Below, in pieces: positions 20,656 through 31,075 of a stretch of 64,000 bases of DNA (its first letter is position 1; every line of letters begins with the position of its first letter). The stretch lies in the NCBI GenBank assembly GCA_963822405.1, contig CAWGHH010000005.1:39439-103438 (forward strand), read 5' to 3'. The DNA comes from Candidatus Uhrbacteria bacterium (GTDB taxonomy: Bacteria; Patescibacteriota; Patescibacteriia; UBA9934). The notes below the pieces were generated by a model. It made no database searches, was not told the origin of the DNA, and saw only the letters and a list, made by a program, of their open reading frames with translations. The translations under genes and the position numbers were made by a program.

Positions 20656-23250
20656 CTACAACTTCTGTGCCTTCTTTACCTCAATTTTCCCGCCGGCGTC
20701 AAAAATAACGGTATCGCGCCTAGTAATATTACCTTTTAATAATTCGTCAGCTAGCTTATTCTCCAGTTTTTCCTCTATTGTCCGTCGTAATGGTCGCGCA
20801 CCGAATTTCGGGTCGAATCCCTGTTTACCAAGTTCGTGAATGGCCGCATCTGTTACCTCTAGCGTCATGCCCTTGGCCTCAATCTGCCTCTTTACTTTCT
20901 CGACTAGCAAATATGCAATAGCGGTCACGTCGGCTTCCGTCAACGGCGCAAACACAATCACATCATTAAACCGGTTCAGGAATTCTGGTCGGAAAAGTGA
21001 TCGCAATTCTGTCGCGAGCAATGACTCTTTTATGGTCGACAGCGCCGTACCCTTTGCTACCTCGTCTTGAATGTATTGTGTCCCCGCATTACTCGTCGCA
21101 ATCAGAATCACATTCGTGAAGTCAACAGTCTGGCCGAGCCCATCGGTTAGTCTGCCGTCGTCCATAACCTGAAGGAACAAATTCAAAATATCAGGACTTG
21201 CTTTTTCGAGCTCGTCGAGTAGTAACAACGAAAATGGATTTCTTCGAATCGCCTCAGTGAGCAATCCAGTCTGTCCGTTGCCGCCGATTAATCGAGTAAC
21301 TGACTCAGCTGCTTGGTACTCGCTCATATCAAAACGCACCATTGCGTTTTCGTTTCCAAAGAATAGTTCACTCGTCGCTTTAGCAAGTTCGGTTTTACCA
21401 ACACCAGTTGGCCCCAAGAACAAAAAGTTGGCGATTGGTTTCCCCGCGCTGCGCATCTCGGTGCGTGCTCGACGTAAAGCCGAAGCGACCGCTGATACTG
21501 CGTGTTCTTGACCGATCAATCGCTCGTGTAGCTTTTCCTCTAGGTTCAATAGCTTCTGCCCTTCCCCCTCGCCCACCTGACTAACTGGAATCTTTGTTTT
21601 CAACTCGACCATTGATGCTACGTCATCCTTAGTCACCCAAGTCAAAGTTTTATTCTGTTTGCCTACAGTCAAAGCAACTTCTTTTAAAAGCGAAATCGCG
21701 TTGTCCGGCAACACACTGTCATGCAAGTACCGCAACGAGAGATCAACCGCCGAGGCAATCGCTCCATAAGTGAAAATAACATGATTTTTCACCTCCATGA
21801 GCCCGACTTTTGACTCGACAATGCGAATAGCAAGGTCACGAGGAGGCTCCGCAATCTGAATACGTTCGAGCCTCTTCCCAATCACTGACCGCTCTATTTT
21901 CTCGGCGTAACCTTGAGGCGTCGTTGTTGCGATCACGAACGTATAACCCTTTTCGAGTTCGCCAGCGAGAATGCTCGAAAGATCAATCGACGAGCCAACG
22001 CCCACTAGTTCGTGAATATCTTCGATGACAAGCACGATGTTACCCGAGTGACCAACCTCATTAAGCGCATGCAAAAAACGTTCTTCTGCCCCACTTCCAC
22101 CATGTGCGCTTACAATGTGCGGAACGGACAATTTCAAAAGTCGCTTGTCTTCGAGGATCCCCGGAACACGCTCTTCGACCATCAGGTCAGCAATGCCCTC
22201 GATAATAGCTGACTTACCAACGCCAGAAGGACCGACAAGTACAACACTCGTTCCGCCGCCTTCTATAGCGCGAAAAATAGACTGAATCTCTTCGTCGCGT
22301 CCAACAAGCAACTCAGTGTATCCACGAGCAGACGCACGGGTAAGGTCTTCGCTCACCGAATCAAGAAACGGCGTAGCAATAGCCGTCATTGCGCGGTCCA
22401 TGTTGTTTTGTGGCTTGAAGGCAGCCGCTCGGCGAAATACCTTATAACGCTCCTGTTGCTCCTCAGAAATTCGCATCCAGTGCAGAGCATTTTCAAGTTC
22501 AGCTTGCGGAATTCCCTGCTCATCAAAAAGTTCTTTGAAAAATTCATCAGACTGATAAGCAGCGGCAAATATATCGAGACTTGTGAGGTGTCGTCGCCCG
22601 CCTTTTACGGCAATCACTCCAGCCAGAGCCAACACGTGTGCGCCCCGCTCGCCAATAACCGTGTCACCTTTTGGTTCAGTGGCTAGATGTCGACGCAACG
22701 GCTCGCGCACCGTATCAATCGTCAAACCAAGACGAGCAAATAGAATCTGGCCAGGCCGAGAACCAAGCGCACCGGCAAAAAGATGAGATGGCCCAACATC
22801 TGCATTTTCATCTTTCTTAGCTAGAAGATACGCATCTTCTACTGTCTTAATGGCTTCGTCGGTTGAATATACCGAAAGCTCATTGGCCTTCTCACTCACC
22901 GAATCCTCAAATTCAGCTGACGCATTCTTCGGAAACGCCAGTGGCTCCGGCGCAGAAATTCTTTTTTCGAAATACGCAAAGAGGAAGAGGATAAGACCCA
23001 AAGGCAGAAAAGCGAACATCGCCCGAGGCTCGCTCCATGTCTGTAGAGGCGTAGCTTGCCACGCCCCCACGAGCGCAGCGAATCCCAGAATTGAAAGCGT
23101 CCCCATTGCAAACGCCACCAGCGCAAACATTTTTCTAGCTTTCTTCAATCCCCTCTCATGGCCTATAGAAACTTCATCAATCTCCTTTCGCCAAACAAAA
23201 GTCTGATCACCCGCGCGAAGTCCCGGTAATGATTCTTGATTACGCGACAT
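20656..23250 (-). CDS. ClpA/ClpC-like AAA+ ATPase with N-terminal membrane anchor
   Basis: Two Walker A motifs (GPSGVGKS, GPTGVGKT), LLLDELEKA, FRPEFLNR, GARPLRR; two TM segments near the N-terminus. Confidence 0.9.
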   Translation of the reverse strand: MSRNQESLPGLRAGDQTFVWRKEIDEVSIGHERGLKKARKMFALVAFAMGTLSILGFAALVGAWQATPLQTWSEPRAMFAFLPLGLILFLFAYFEKRISAPEPLAFPKNASAEFEDSVSEKANELSVYSTDEAIKTVEDAYLLAKKDENADVGPSHLFAGALGSRPGQILFARLGLTIDTVREPLRRHLATEPKGDTVIGERGAHVLALAGVIAVKGGRRHLTSLDIFAAAYQSDEFFKELFDEQGIPQAELENALHWMRISEEQQERYKVFRRAAAFKPQNNMDRAMTAIATPFLDSVSEDLTRASARGYTELLVGRDEEIQSIFRAIEGGGTSVVLVGPSGVGKSAIIEGIADLMVEERVPGILEDKRLLKLSVPHIVSAHGGSGAEERFLHALNEVGHSGNIVLVIEDIHELVGVGSSIDLSSILAGELEKGYTFVIATTTPQGYAEKIERSVIGKRLERIQIAEPPRDLAIRIVESKVGLMEVKNHVIFTYGAIASAVDLSLRYLHDSVLPDNAISLLKEVALTVGKQNKTLTWVTKDDVASMVELKTKIPVSQVGEGEGQKLLNLEEKLHERLIGQEHAVSAVASALRRARTEMRSAGKPIANFLFLGPTGVGKTELAKATSELFFGNENAMVRFDMSEYQAAESVTRLIGGNGQTGLLTEAIRRNPFSLLLLDELEKASPDILNLFLQVMDDGRLTDGLGQTVDFTNVILIATSNAGTQYIQDEVAKGTALSTIKESLLATELRSLFRPEFLNRFNDVIVFAPLTEADVTAIAYLLVEKVKRQIEAKGMTLEVTDAAIHELGKQGFDPKFGARPLRRTIEEKLENKLADELLKGNITRRDTVIFDAGGKIEVKKAQKL

Positions 23251-23626
23251 AAGTTGGAGATACGCCAGACATGAAAGCGTGATAAGCAAAAAGCAAAGCC
23301 AAAGCGATTGGTCCAAAGACGTACAAAGCGAATAATGCGAACGCGACAATCACCCAAAATAAAAGTGCAATCACCCGGCCAACAATCTGCACGCTCCGCA
23401 TGAACACACTAATCAACCGACTCTGCCAATCATACGCGCCGTACATCGGCACGAATATATTTTTCACCCAAACTCCAATCTGCAAAGACCTAGAAGCTCC
23501 AATAATCAAATCACTCGTGCCCGTCACTCTTTCGAGTAATCCCGTGGAATACCACCAAATTGGGAAATACAAAAAATCGAGGGTCAGGTCTCGCACAATA
23601 CGGAAACTGGCCTCAAGCGAAGGCAT
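23240..23626 (-). CDS. Conserved small membrane protein upstream of Clp ATPase
   Basis: YFPIWWYS, FVPMYGAYDWQSRLIS; overlaps the Clp start. Confidence 0.7.
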   Translation of the reverse strand: MPSLEASFRIVRDLTLDFLYFPIWWYSTGLLERVTGTSDLIIGASRSLQIGVWVKNIFVPMYGAYDWQSRLISVFMRSVQIVGRVIALLFWVIVAFALFALYVFGPIALALLFAYHAFMSGVSPTYVA

Positions 23627-24234
23627 ATGGGGAAAGTATAGCAGGAAAATGAAGAACCACACCGCGAAGGCCAGTGTGGCTCTTCATGATGTGGTCGTTG
23701 TTCGGATCTTAACGTTTCAGGAGCTCGAGGGGCCGGCTCGGCCCCCGGCGTTGATTCGTTGGTCTCGACGAAGTGACAAGACACTGGGTCGTCGTACGAA
23801 AACGGTCGGAGATCGATTCCCGGACCATCGCCACCCGGAATAAAGACGAGGATCTGCGGTTGGCCGTTGATCACCATCGGATTCGCGGGCAACACCATGA
23901 TTACTTCATCACCACCGCGGCGATTCCGCTGTCCTTTCATGTTGATCAGGAACCAACGCAGTCCGATTTCGTAGGTCAGCGGAGAACCCTGCTGATACTC
24001 GAGCAGGTCTCGCATGGTTGCGTTCGTCCCGGGTTCGAGGCTGGAACGCCAGGTCTGGTAGAACCCGATGGAGCTCTTACCACAGACGACCTTCGCGGCA
24101 TCCTCATAGATCCTCGCACCGCCAGACCACATAACGTGGATCGCGGTCAGGATCTGTTCGGTGGTCACGCCGTCTCCGGTGGTCACCACGTACCGACTAT
24201 TCAGATCTGAATTCACGGAAAGGTTGGGTCGCAT
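23584..24234 (-). CDS. Hypothetical protein, possibly a distant relative of CPR DGR-target (CLec-like) proteins; 3' end uncertain
   Basis: GAGGAG SD; promoter shared with the DGR target; a 1-nt shift near 23735 would end the ORF as LELLKR* at about 23709, before a hairpin at 23649-23687. Confidence 0.6.
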   Translation of the reverse strand: MRPNLSVNSDLNSRYVVTTGDGVTTEQILTAIHVMWSGGARIYEDAAKVVCGKSSIGFYQTWRSSLEPGTNATMRDLLEYQQGSPLTYEIGLRWFLINMKGQRNRRGGDEVIMVLPANPMVINGQPQILVFIPGGDGPGIDLRPFSYDDPVSCHFVETNESTPGAEPAPRAPETLRSEQRPHHEEPHWPSRCGSSFSCYTFPICLRLRPVSVLCET

Positions 24235-24264
24235 TGTCGCTCCTCACAAAAGGTGATCGCAAAT

Positions 24265-24320
24265 ACCATGTAAATATAGCAAAAAAATGGCTTTTTGTCA
24301 AGCCATTTTCTGCTTATATT
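24265..24320 (-). promoter_or_regulatory. Sigma70 promoter with palindromic operator-like box, copy 1
   Basis: Minus strand TTGACA-N17-TATATT; AAAATGGC...GCCATTTT inverted repeat around the -35; 44/45 identical to 38242-38286. Confidence 0.85.
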
Positions 24321-24328
24321 TGCGAATA

Positions 24329-25468
24329 TTAGCCTCTTTCTATCAGCGCACGAATCTCCTCCATCATCCTAATATAAAACCTCAGGTTCTGGTACGTGGC
24401 TAGGCGAAGGCCAAGGATTTCTTGGTTCTTAAATAAATGTCGCAAGTAAAGTTTCGAGTAGGTTTGAGAAGTCGGCCAGTCATTGAATGGATCAATCGGT
24501 GATTCGTCAGTGATGAATTCTTCGTTCTCAATCGAAATTTTCTTATATAGAGCTTCGGCGATTCTAAAATCAGCCGCATCATCTTGGGCGCGGGCAAAGG
24601 CCTCCGCCACACACGTAGCTGGGTCGCCGGCCCAAACAAATAATCCGCCGTGACGCGCGTGCCTGGTCGGGATTACGCAGTCAAACATGTCCACGCCGTG
24701 GGCGACGTAGTACATGATTTCCTCTGGCATTCCCCCGCCCATGAAATAGCGTGGCTTGTCAGCTGGCATGTTTGACGCTAAACGCTTCACAATGCGGAAC
24801 GTGTCTTCGCGGTGCTCGCCAACAGACAAACCACCAATAGCATAGCCGTCAAAATTACTCTTCAAAAGTCCTGCCAGTGATCGCGCGCGCAAGTCTTCAT
24901 ATGTCCCGCCTTGAATGATTCCAAATAAAAGTCCGTGGCCGGAATGCGCCGCCTTTGACCTCTCGGCCCAACGCAACGATCGTTCCATTGCCTCTTCATA
25001 TCTTTCGCGCGTGGACAAACCAGCCGCCACATCATCAAACTGCATTCGAATGTCGGATCCGATCGCGGCCTGGATACGCATCGATTCTTCAGGAGTGAGT
25101 CTAACAGTGTGCCCGTCTAAGTGCGATTGGAATGTCACGCCGTCTTCGTCCGTCTTATTCAACTTCGCCAAAGAAAAAACCTGATAGCCACCGGAGTCCG
25201 TCAGAATCGGCCCCTCCCAACGCATAAACTTTCTCATCCCGCCAACTTTCTGCAGAATCTCAGTGCCTGGTCGAAGCAACAAATGATAAGTATTGCCGAG
25301 AATAATTTGCGCGCCCAAAGACTTCACCTCCTCCGAAGTCATCGCCTTTACGGCTCCTGTCGTCGCAATCGGCATAAACACCGGCGTCTTAACCACTCCG
25401 CTTGGCGTAGTCAATTCACCGGCACGAGCTAGACCTTTGGTCGACGAAACGTTAAACGCTGAGCTCAT
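24329..25468 (-). CDS. tgt: tRNA-guanine transglycosylase
   Basis: TPVFMP, LGNTYHL, TDSGGYQVFSL, GIIQGG, GYAIGGLSVGE, GVDMFDCVIPTR. Confidence 0.95.
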   Translation of the reverse strand: MSSAFNVSSTKGLARAGELTTPSGVVKTPVFMPIATTGAVKAMTSEEVKSLGAQIILGNTYHLLLRPGTEILQKVGGMRKFMRWEGPILTDSGGYQVFSLAKLNKTDEDGVTFQSHLDGHTVRLTPEESMRIQAAIGSDIRMQFDDVAAGLSTRERYEEAMERSLRWAERSKAAHSGHGLLFGIIQGGTYEDLRARSLAGLLKSNFDGYAIGGLSVGEHREDTFRIVKRLASNMPADKPRYFMGGGMPEEIMYYVAHGVDMFDCVIPTRHARHGGLFVWAGDPATCVAEAFARAQDDAADFRIAEALYKKISIENEEFITDESPIDPFNDWPTSQTYSKLYLRHLFKNQEILGLRLATYQNLRFYIRMMEEIRALIERG

Positions 25469-26123
25469 AGAGCGCAATGCTAGTGGCAATCGCCACGTTC
25501 AGGGACTCAAGTTCAACATTTTGTGGAATGTAGACGCTGGTCGCATTTTCAAGTTCGAGCGTAACTCCCCTGCCCTCGTTGCCAGCGACAATGATGAGTG
25601 GTTCTTTGGGAATCTCGCTGATCATTTTTGCATCGCCTCTCAGTTCGAGCTTGTAGATTGGTCGGCCAATGCTTGCGAGAATGTCTGGTGCGTCAGATTT
25701 TGCAATTTCAATCCACGGAGTCTTCAACATGGAGGCCGCACTCGCGCGAACAGATTTCGGATTTGTTGGATCAGCAGACTCGACAAGAATCAATCCTGCG
25801 TCGAACGCCAAACACACGCGCATAATTGTTCCAACGTTGCCTGGGTCTTGGACGTTATCGAGAACAACAATTAGCTTGCACTTCTTTACATTGTCGAGCG
25901 TGAACTGCGGAATCTTCGCTACGCCCGCAACGTTCTGCGGAGTTTCAGTTGAGATCAGCTCGCGGAAATTTGCCACGTCTTTGTCCGTAAAAGAGAACTC
26001 TAAGTATTTCTTTGCATCTTTCACAAACTTCGCCCCTTCAATCAAAAACATTCCGTGCTCACGGCGGGCTTTTTTGTTATCAACGAGCTCCTTAACCAAC
26101 TTCTGCTTAGCTTTGTCTAACAC
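25452..26123 (-). CDS. TrmH/SpoU family RNA methyltransferase
   Basis: LDNVQDPGNVGTIMR, GNEGRG, ESLNVAIA. Confidence 0.92.
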   Translation of the reverse strand: MLDKAKQKLVKELVDNKKARREHGMFLIEGAKFVKDAKKYLEFSFTDKDVANFRELISTETPQNVAGVAKIPQFTLDNVKKCKLIVVLDNVQDPGNVGTIMRVCLAFDAGLILVESADPTNPKSVRASAASMLKTPWIEIAKSDAPDILASIGRPIYKLELRGDAKMISEIPKEPLIIVAGNEGRGVTLELENATSVYIPQNVELESLNVAIATSIALYELSV

Positions 26124-26126
26124 AAA

Positions 26127-26372
26127 TTAGGCTTTAACCTTATCTTCTAAATTCATAATTCGGTTTTCGTGATCATCTACTTTGCCAAGAACATGATCAT
26201 CAAGAATCTCTGCGGTCGATGTCAGAATCTCAGTCTTCATCTGATCAAGTTTTTTATCTGTCCTTGCCTCTGAAGCTCTAATTTCTTGCTGAACCAAATC
26301 AACAGTATCACGATGTTTATCGTCAATATGTTGGGTCAACTTTTCGTATAGTTCTTCAAAATCTTTGATCAT
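26127..26372 (-). CDS. Small coiled-coil hypothetical protein
   Basis: MIKDFEEL...DDHENRIMNLEDKVKA. Confidence 0.6.
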   Translation of the reverse strand: MIKDFEELYEKLTQHIDDKHRDTVDLVQQEIRASEARTDKKLDQMKTEILTSTAEILDDHVLGKVDDHENRIMNLEDKVKA

Positions 26373-26391
26373 AGATATTCTATCTTCTTCA

Positions 26392-27750
26392 TTAAACCAC
26401 AAGTGGCAACGCATGCATAGTAAATGGTCGACCGCGCACGACATCCTCAATTCGGTATGCCCCGTGGGTCGGCGCGTTGATGTAGCCATTCCAAGCCATG
26501 CGTGCAAAAGCTCCGCCTTCAATCCAATCCCAGAGCCATTCATCGGCGTAACGTGGATCGAGTGCGTCGACCCCGGCACCTACCTGAAATAGCCAGTTTC
26601 GATTGAAATCTTCTTGGCTGCCGACTGTCGGCGACATAAGAATCGGGATACCAAGGCCAGCATAAAAAGACAGCTCGGACGGTTTTGTCCAAAGAATATC
26701 CGTTTCCATCATGAGTTTGTTGAACGTGGAAAAGTATTGATGGCGATCCTTGTTCTCGATGATGGCCACTCGACCATCATGTAACGCTTCTTCAAGCCCC
26801 GCTTTCGCCAACTCCCGACGGAAATACTCGCCAACTTCTGGTCGAATTCCAGCCACCAGATTTACTTGTAGTTTGCCGGCCAAAATACTTTGCGCGAGTG
26901 ACTTAGCGGCAATTGCTCCAATTTCTTTTTGTGCCCCTGCCCCACCAATAGCAAACGTCACAGATACCGCTCGGCTCTTCTTATTAATCACATTCTGGCA
27001 AAACATTGGCCCCATCTGCGCCTCGAGCATGACTGACGCCTGTGACAAGAAAACCGCCTTAGGATCAAGATGACACATTCGCCTAGTCAAATCACTAATC
27101 AGCTGCGGGGCCTCGGCACCACCCACCGCTTCCATCGGCAACGGGAAACCAGTGAGAATGATATTTTCGCTCCGCACTCCGTACAACTGCAATCGTTCAG
27201 CCACTCGACCAGTCGGCGCCAGATATTTGATTCTACTCTTGTATGGATTGAGCGGAGCCCATGGTCTGGCTACGTCAGCATCGCAGCACACAACATAAAT
27301 ATCTTCCGGATAATTGAATTCCTCCGCTGCAAAAGCCGGAGCCATAAATGTTGAAACCAATGGCTTTGGATGCTTGGCGAGTGTATCAACCAAGTGATGA
27401 CACCAGTTTCTTTGGCGAATGAGAGCGTACGTACTTCGCAGCTGCATGGTTGGTTCAGACAAATCTCGACGAGGATAAAATGATTCAATTCGCTGCGTCC
27501 AATCAAGAACGCCAAAAACAGCCTCGCCCAAAACTGGCACTTTCTTAAACCGCGAAATTCGTTCGTACCAACGTCTACTAGTAGCCCACAAGTTTCTGTC
27601 ATTGTCTGGAATCCCCGGGTAATCATTTGCAATGATAACTTTCTTATCAACAGCAAAAGGTTTAAGGCTGGACGCCGCCCGCTCATGTCCATAACCCATG
27701 CTCACGGCCACCACATGCGCCGCGCCTTCTCCCCCATGAAGCTCCTTCAT
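26392..27750 (-). CDS. GT-B fold glycosyltransferase-like protein (MGDG synthase/UgtP-like)
   Basis: MGYGHERAA, TGFPL, DILWTKPSEL, PTVGSQE. Confidence 0.7.
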   Translation of the reverse strand: MKELHGGEGAAHVVAVSMGYGHERAASSLKPFAVDKKVIIANDYPGIPDNDRNLWATSRRWYERISRFKKVPVLGEAVFGVLDWTQRIESFYPRRDLSEPTMQLRSTYALIRQRNWCHHLVDTLAKHPKPLVSTFMAPAFAAEEFNYPEDIYVVCCDADVARPWAPLNPYKSRIKYLAPTGRVAERLQLYGVRSENIILTGFPLPMEAVGGAEAPQLISDLTRRMCHLDPKAVFLSQASVMLEAQMGPMFCQNVINKKSRAVSVTFAIGGAGAQKEIGAIAAKSLAQSILAGKLQVNLVAGIRPEVGEYFRRELAKAGLEEALHDGRVAIIENKDRHQYFSTFNKLMMETDILWTKPSELSFYAGLGIPILMSPTVGSQEDFNRNWLFQVGAGVDALDPRYADEWLWDWIEGGAFARMAWNGYINAPTHGAYRIEDVVRGRPFTMHALPLVV

Positions 27751-27836
27751 ATTAGGGAAGTATAACAAAGGTGCGTTACGGTTTGACGGGAATCCCCCAG
27801 TCAAGTACACTCTCACAGTCTTAATTTTCGTTTTGT

Positions 27837-28067
27837 ATGGCCAAAGTCTGCGCAATAACAGGCAAGCTGCGACTGACGGGCAATAACGTCAGCCACTCCA
27901 ACGTGAAGACGAAGCGTCGCCAGATGCCAAACTTACAGCCAAGAACGGTTGTAAACCCAGCTACTGGCAAAGCCCACCGGATTACAGTATCCGGCCGTGG
28001 CCTCCGCACGCTCCGCAAGTGGATGAAGGAAGGAAAAGTTTTCGACCTTCGTAAGCTAGCCTCATAA
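27837..28067 (+). CDS. rpmB: 50S ribosomal protein L28
   Basis: CAITGK...GNNVSHSNVKTKRRQMPNLQ. Confidence 0.96.
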   Translation: MAKVCAITGKLRLTGNNVSHSNVKTKRRQMPNLQPRTVVNPATGKAHRITVSGRGLRTLRKWMKEGKVFDLRKLAS

Positions 28068-28116
28068 AGAAAATGCCCCTAACTCGTAAGAGCGGGGCAT
28101 TTTTCTATCTGATATT

Positions 28117-29331
28117 TTATTGTGGCGCAAGTTCTGGATGGTTCTTCAAAAACGAATCGAGCAACCGCGCGCCTTTATCCTTCCAAACTGTTAGACCGTA
28201 ATAATCTTTTTCTAAAATGTAATCAGCAATTGCCTGCTCGGCGGCTTGGGGGTTTGACCCAACAATTTGCAAGACGTACTTATCAAGATAGCGGAACTCT
28301 AGCTCTTCACGATCATCTTCATTTTCAACCTGCTGCCAGACCTGCGCATCATAAACACGCTTCACTACGTCAGCCTTAGACAATCCAGCTCTAAGATAAG
28401 TTACTAGTTCTAGCTGTATGTCATCAATGGATCTAAGCGAAAGATCATCAGAAGAAACCTTGCCCTTAAGAAAATCAATCAACGCCCCTACCTGCTGATC
28501 TGCCGTACCTGGGTCAAAATGCATTTCTTTCACAGCGTATTCCGGCTTCATGACTAGCCCAATATCATTCGCTCTGTGGCCAATATCTGACGCATAGTAC
28601 GCATCATAAAGCGCCTTAGCCGTGCTGAAGTCCATATCCGTGTGAATGAACTTAAACATCATGTACAAAAAAGGCGTAGGAATTCTGTCCCCGCTAGTCA
28701 GTTTAAGCAGAACATCTTTCATGAACGTTCCTTGGTTGGCACTTCTCTGTGGATCACCAATTTGGTAGCTTCGGCGGTGACGTAGGAATTCGAGAGTATC
28801 TGTAGTTGGCAAATTCAAAGCTCTGAAAATTCCAATTGCTTCAGAAAATCCAACTGTGGCCACATAGTCAGCTTTTACACCGGCTACTTTTTCAATCTGC
28901 TTCACGCCGTAATCCAGCCCGCCGAAATAACAAGCGTTTGCCAAATAGTAATCAGTAGTCAAATAAGTGTGACCAGCAATCGACGGCAATGACGAGGTAG
29001 TACCACGTGGCACAGAAATGATACTCATGGTCCAAGTCTTCACGTTCAGACTCACCATGTGAATAGCGTCGCAGTGGGCATAGGCGCCTTCTTTGCGAGA
29101 ATCAATGCCTAAAGTCAAAATGTTGATTGTGTCCTTATCGCCAAAAGAAGCGTCCCCAGTCTGAAGAATTTCCGCCTCTCGGCTCTTTAAAACCGCCGAA
29201 ACCGCATCCTTAACCGCCGGCTCAGCCGCGGCCAAATCATGTGGTGCAGAGGGCTGATTTACGAACGCGCCAAACAAAACCATGGTAGCCACCACAAAGC
29301 TCGTCGGGACAATATAGGCCAGCTTGCGCAT
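28117..29331 (-). CDS. LytR-CpsA-Psr (LCP) family protein
   Basis: N-terminal TM; NILTLGIDSR, DAIHMVS, ISVPRGT. Confidence 0.75.
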   Translation of the reverse strand: MRKLAYIVPTSFVVATMVLFGAFVNQPSAPHDLAAAEPAVKDAVSAVLKSREAEILQTGDASFGDKDTINILTLGIDSRKEGAYAHCDAIHMVSLNVKTWTMSIISVPRGTTSSLPSIAGHTYLTTDYYLANACYFGGLDYGVKQIEKVAGVKADYVATVGFSEAIGIFRALNLPTTDTLEFLRHRRSYQIGDPQRSANQGTFMKDVLLKLTSGDRIPTPFLYMMFKFIHTDMDFSTAKALYDAYYASDIGHRANDIGLVMKPEYAVKEMHFDPGTADQQVGALIDFLKGKVSSDDLSLRSIDDIQLELVTYLRAGLSKADVVKRVYDAQVWQQVENEDDREELEFRYLDKYVLQIVGSNPQAAEQAIADYILEKDYYGLTVWKDKGARLLDSFLKNHPELAPQ

Positions 29332-29409
29332 ATCTGTATCCCTCTTATCAAAAAACCCCGACTGTTGTCGAGGATTTTTGATCCACACTTGTGGAGAACG
29401 GCGTGAAAA

Positions 29410-29691
29410 TTAGAGAAGAGCTTCCTTAGCAGCCTTGCTAACTCCGAACTTTAGAACAGTCTTAGCTGGGATCTTAATGGTCTCGCCAGTGGCTGGGTTA
29501 CGGCCCATGCGTGCTGGACGGTTCTTCTTAACGAGCTTTCCAAGACCTGGCATTACGAATTCGCCAGAACGCTTGATCTCGCCGAATACAACGGCCATGA
29601 ACTTGTCATACATGTCTGAAGCATCCTTCTTGGAAACGCCCCATGTCTCTGAAAGTGCAGTCATGATCTGTGCCTTTGTGAGTCGTGCCAT
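29410..29691 (-). CDS. hup: HU family DNA-binding protein
   Basis: RPARMGRNPATGETIKIPAK. Confidence 0.93.
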   Translation of the reverse strand: MARLTKAQIMTALSETWGVSKKDASDMYDKFMAVVFGEIKRSGEFVMPGLGKLVKKNRPARMGRNPATGETIKIPAKTVLKFGVSKAAKEALL

Positions 29692-29774
29692 ATGAGAATT
29701 CTTTAATTCATTAACCTTTTACGGTGGCAAGCGTAGCACAGGCCTTAAAATGCTGGGAAAATCTATCCACAGCA

Positions 29775-31016
29775 CTAATTCGCGCTCTTTCTCTCCTCTA
29801 AAGTTACGGTTATTGTTTTTTCTTTTCCGTCATGCATAATTTTCAACGTCAACTTGTCCCCCACGCTATGTGACGCGATGATATTTTCAAGTGGCACCTT
29901 GTCCGTCACCTTCTCGCCGTTCACTTCTAGAATAATATCGTTCTCTTCTATTCCCGCCTTATCTGCTGGCGAGCCGGGCACAACCGCCAGGTCACCAATC
30001 TTCGCTCCGCGAATAACTAGCACCCCGTAATCAACCGTTAGATCATTCGCATTTTTTACTTCGTCGTTAATCGGAATATATCGCACACCAATATACGGTC
30101 GAATAACCCGCCCATTTGTTTTTATCGAGTCAACCGTCTTCTTGACCGCGTTCGCCGGTAAAGCAAAACCGATACTCTGTGCACTCCCGGCACTCGCCGC
30201 CACGTTCACGCCGATCACATTTCCCATGAGGTCGAGCAACGGTTCGCCCGAGTTCCCTGGATTAATCGCCGCGTCCGTTTGGATTACATTCGGCAAAGTT
30301 TCTGAATTACCATAATTAGTCGAGGCTGAAACTGACCGCGCCAAACCGGACACCACGCCGGTCGAAACCGTATTGCGATACTCGCCAAGAGCATTACCAA
30401 TAGCGATTACCGACTGACCAACCTTAAGCGAATCAGAGTCGCCAAATGAAAGATACGGCAAGCCCTTTGCCTCAACCTTTAGTAGCGCAATATCCATAAC
30501 CGTATCTGCTGCAATCACCTTGGCGTCATATTTTGTACCGTCCGTTAAAAACACTGTGTACTGCGCAGTGTCGTCCGCCACTACGTGAGCATTCGTCACC
30601 AAGTAGCCATCATCACTTACAAAGAACCCACTACCGCCACCAACCTCCCGAGTCTTCGTCTGCCCACTTTGTCGATATTGCGGAATTTGAAAACCTCCCA
30701 TGCCATTCCCAAACGGATCGTAATTCTGCATGTACTGCTCCATGACCGGCACATCTTTACTGATAACGATCGCGACCACAGCTGGATTTACTTTCTCAAC
30801 TACACTCACCACGTTATCTGACTTCCCTGTTGAATCCATCAGAACTACAGGTGTCGACGAAGCAGAAACGGACTGGATATGCAGGTTCTGAGAAACCCAA
30901 CCAGACAAATCTGTATGCTGAATCACGGTCACTAAACCAAAAATCAACAAACCGTTTGCAACACATGCGCCCAAGAACCCAAACAGGAACGATTTTTTTA
31001 ATGTTTCGTTGTCCAT
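29775..31016 (-). CDS. htrA: HtrA/DegP trypsin-like serine protease with PDZ domain
   Basis: GSGF, TNAHVV, DIALLK, IQTDAAINPGNSG(E)PL, PDZ. Confidence 0.92.
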   Translation of the reverse strand: MDNETLKKSFLFGFLGACVANGLLIFGLVTVIQHTDLSGWVSQNLHIQSVSASSTPVVLMDSTGKSDNVVSVVEKVNPAVVAIVISKDVPVMEQYMQNYDPFGNGMGGFQIPQYRQSGQTKTREVGGGSGFFVSDDGYLVTNAHVVADDTAQYTVFLTDGTKYDAKVIAADTVMDIALLKVEAKGLPYLSFGDSDSLKVGQSVIAIGNALGEYRNTVSTGVVSGLARSVSASTNYGNSETLPNVIQTDAAINPGNSGEPLLDLMGNVIGVNVAASAGSAQSIGFALPANAVKKTVDSIKTNGRVIRPYIGVRYIPINDEVKNANDLTVDYGVLVIRGAKIGDLAVVPGSPADKAGIEENDIILEVNGEKVTDKVPLENIIASHSVGDKLTLKIMHDGKEKTITVTLEERKSAN

Positions 31017-31075
31017 AGTGTCTAAATTATTTCCCTATCCTATATTACTCGTCAACTGCTATAATTCTTTCATCT

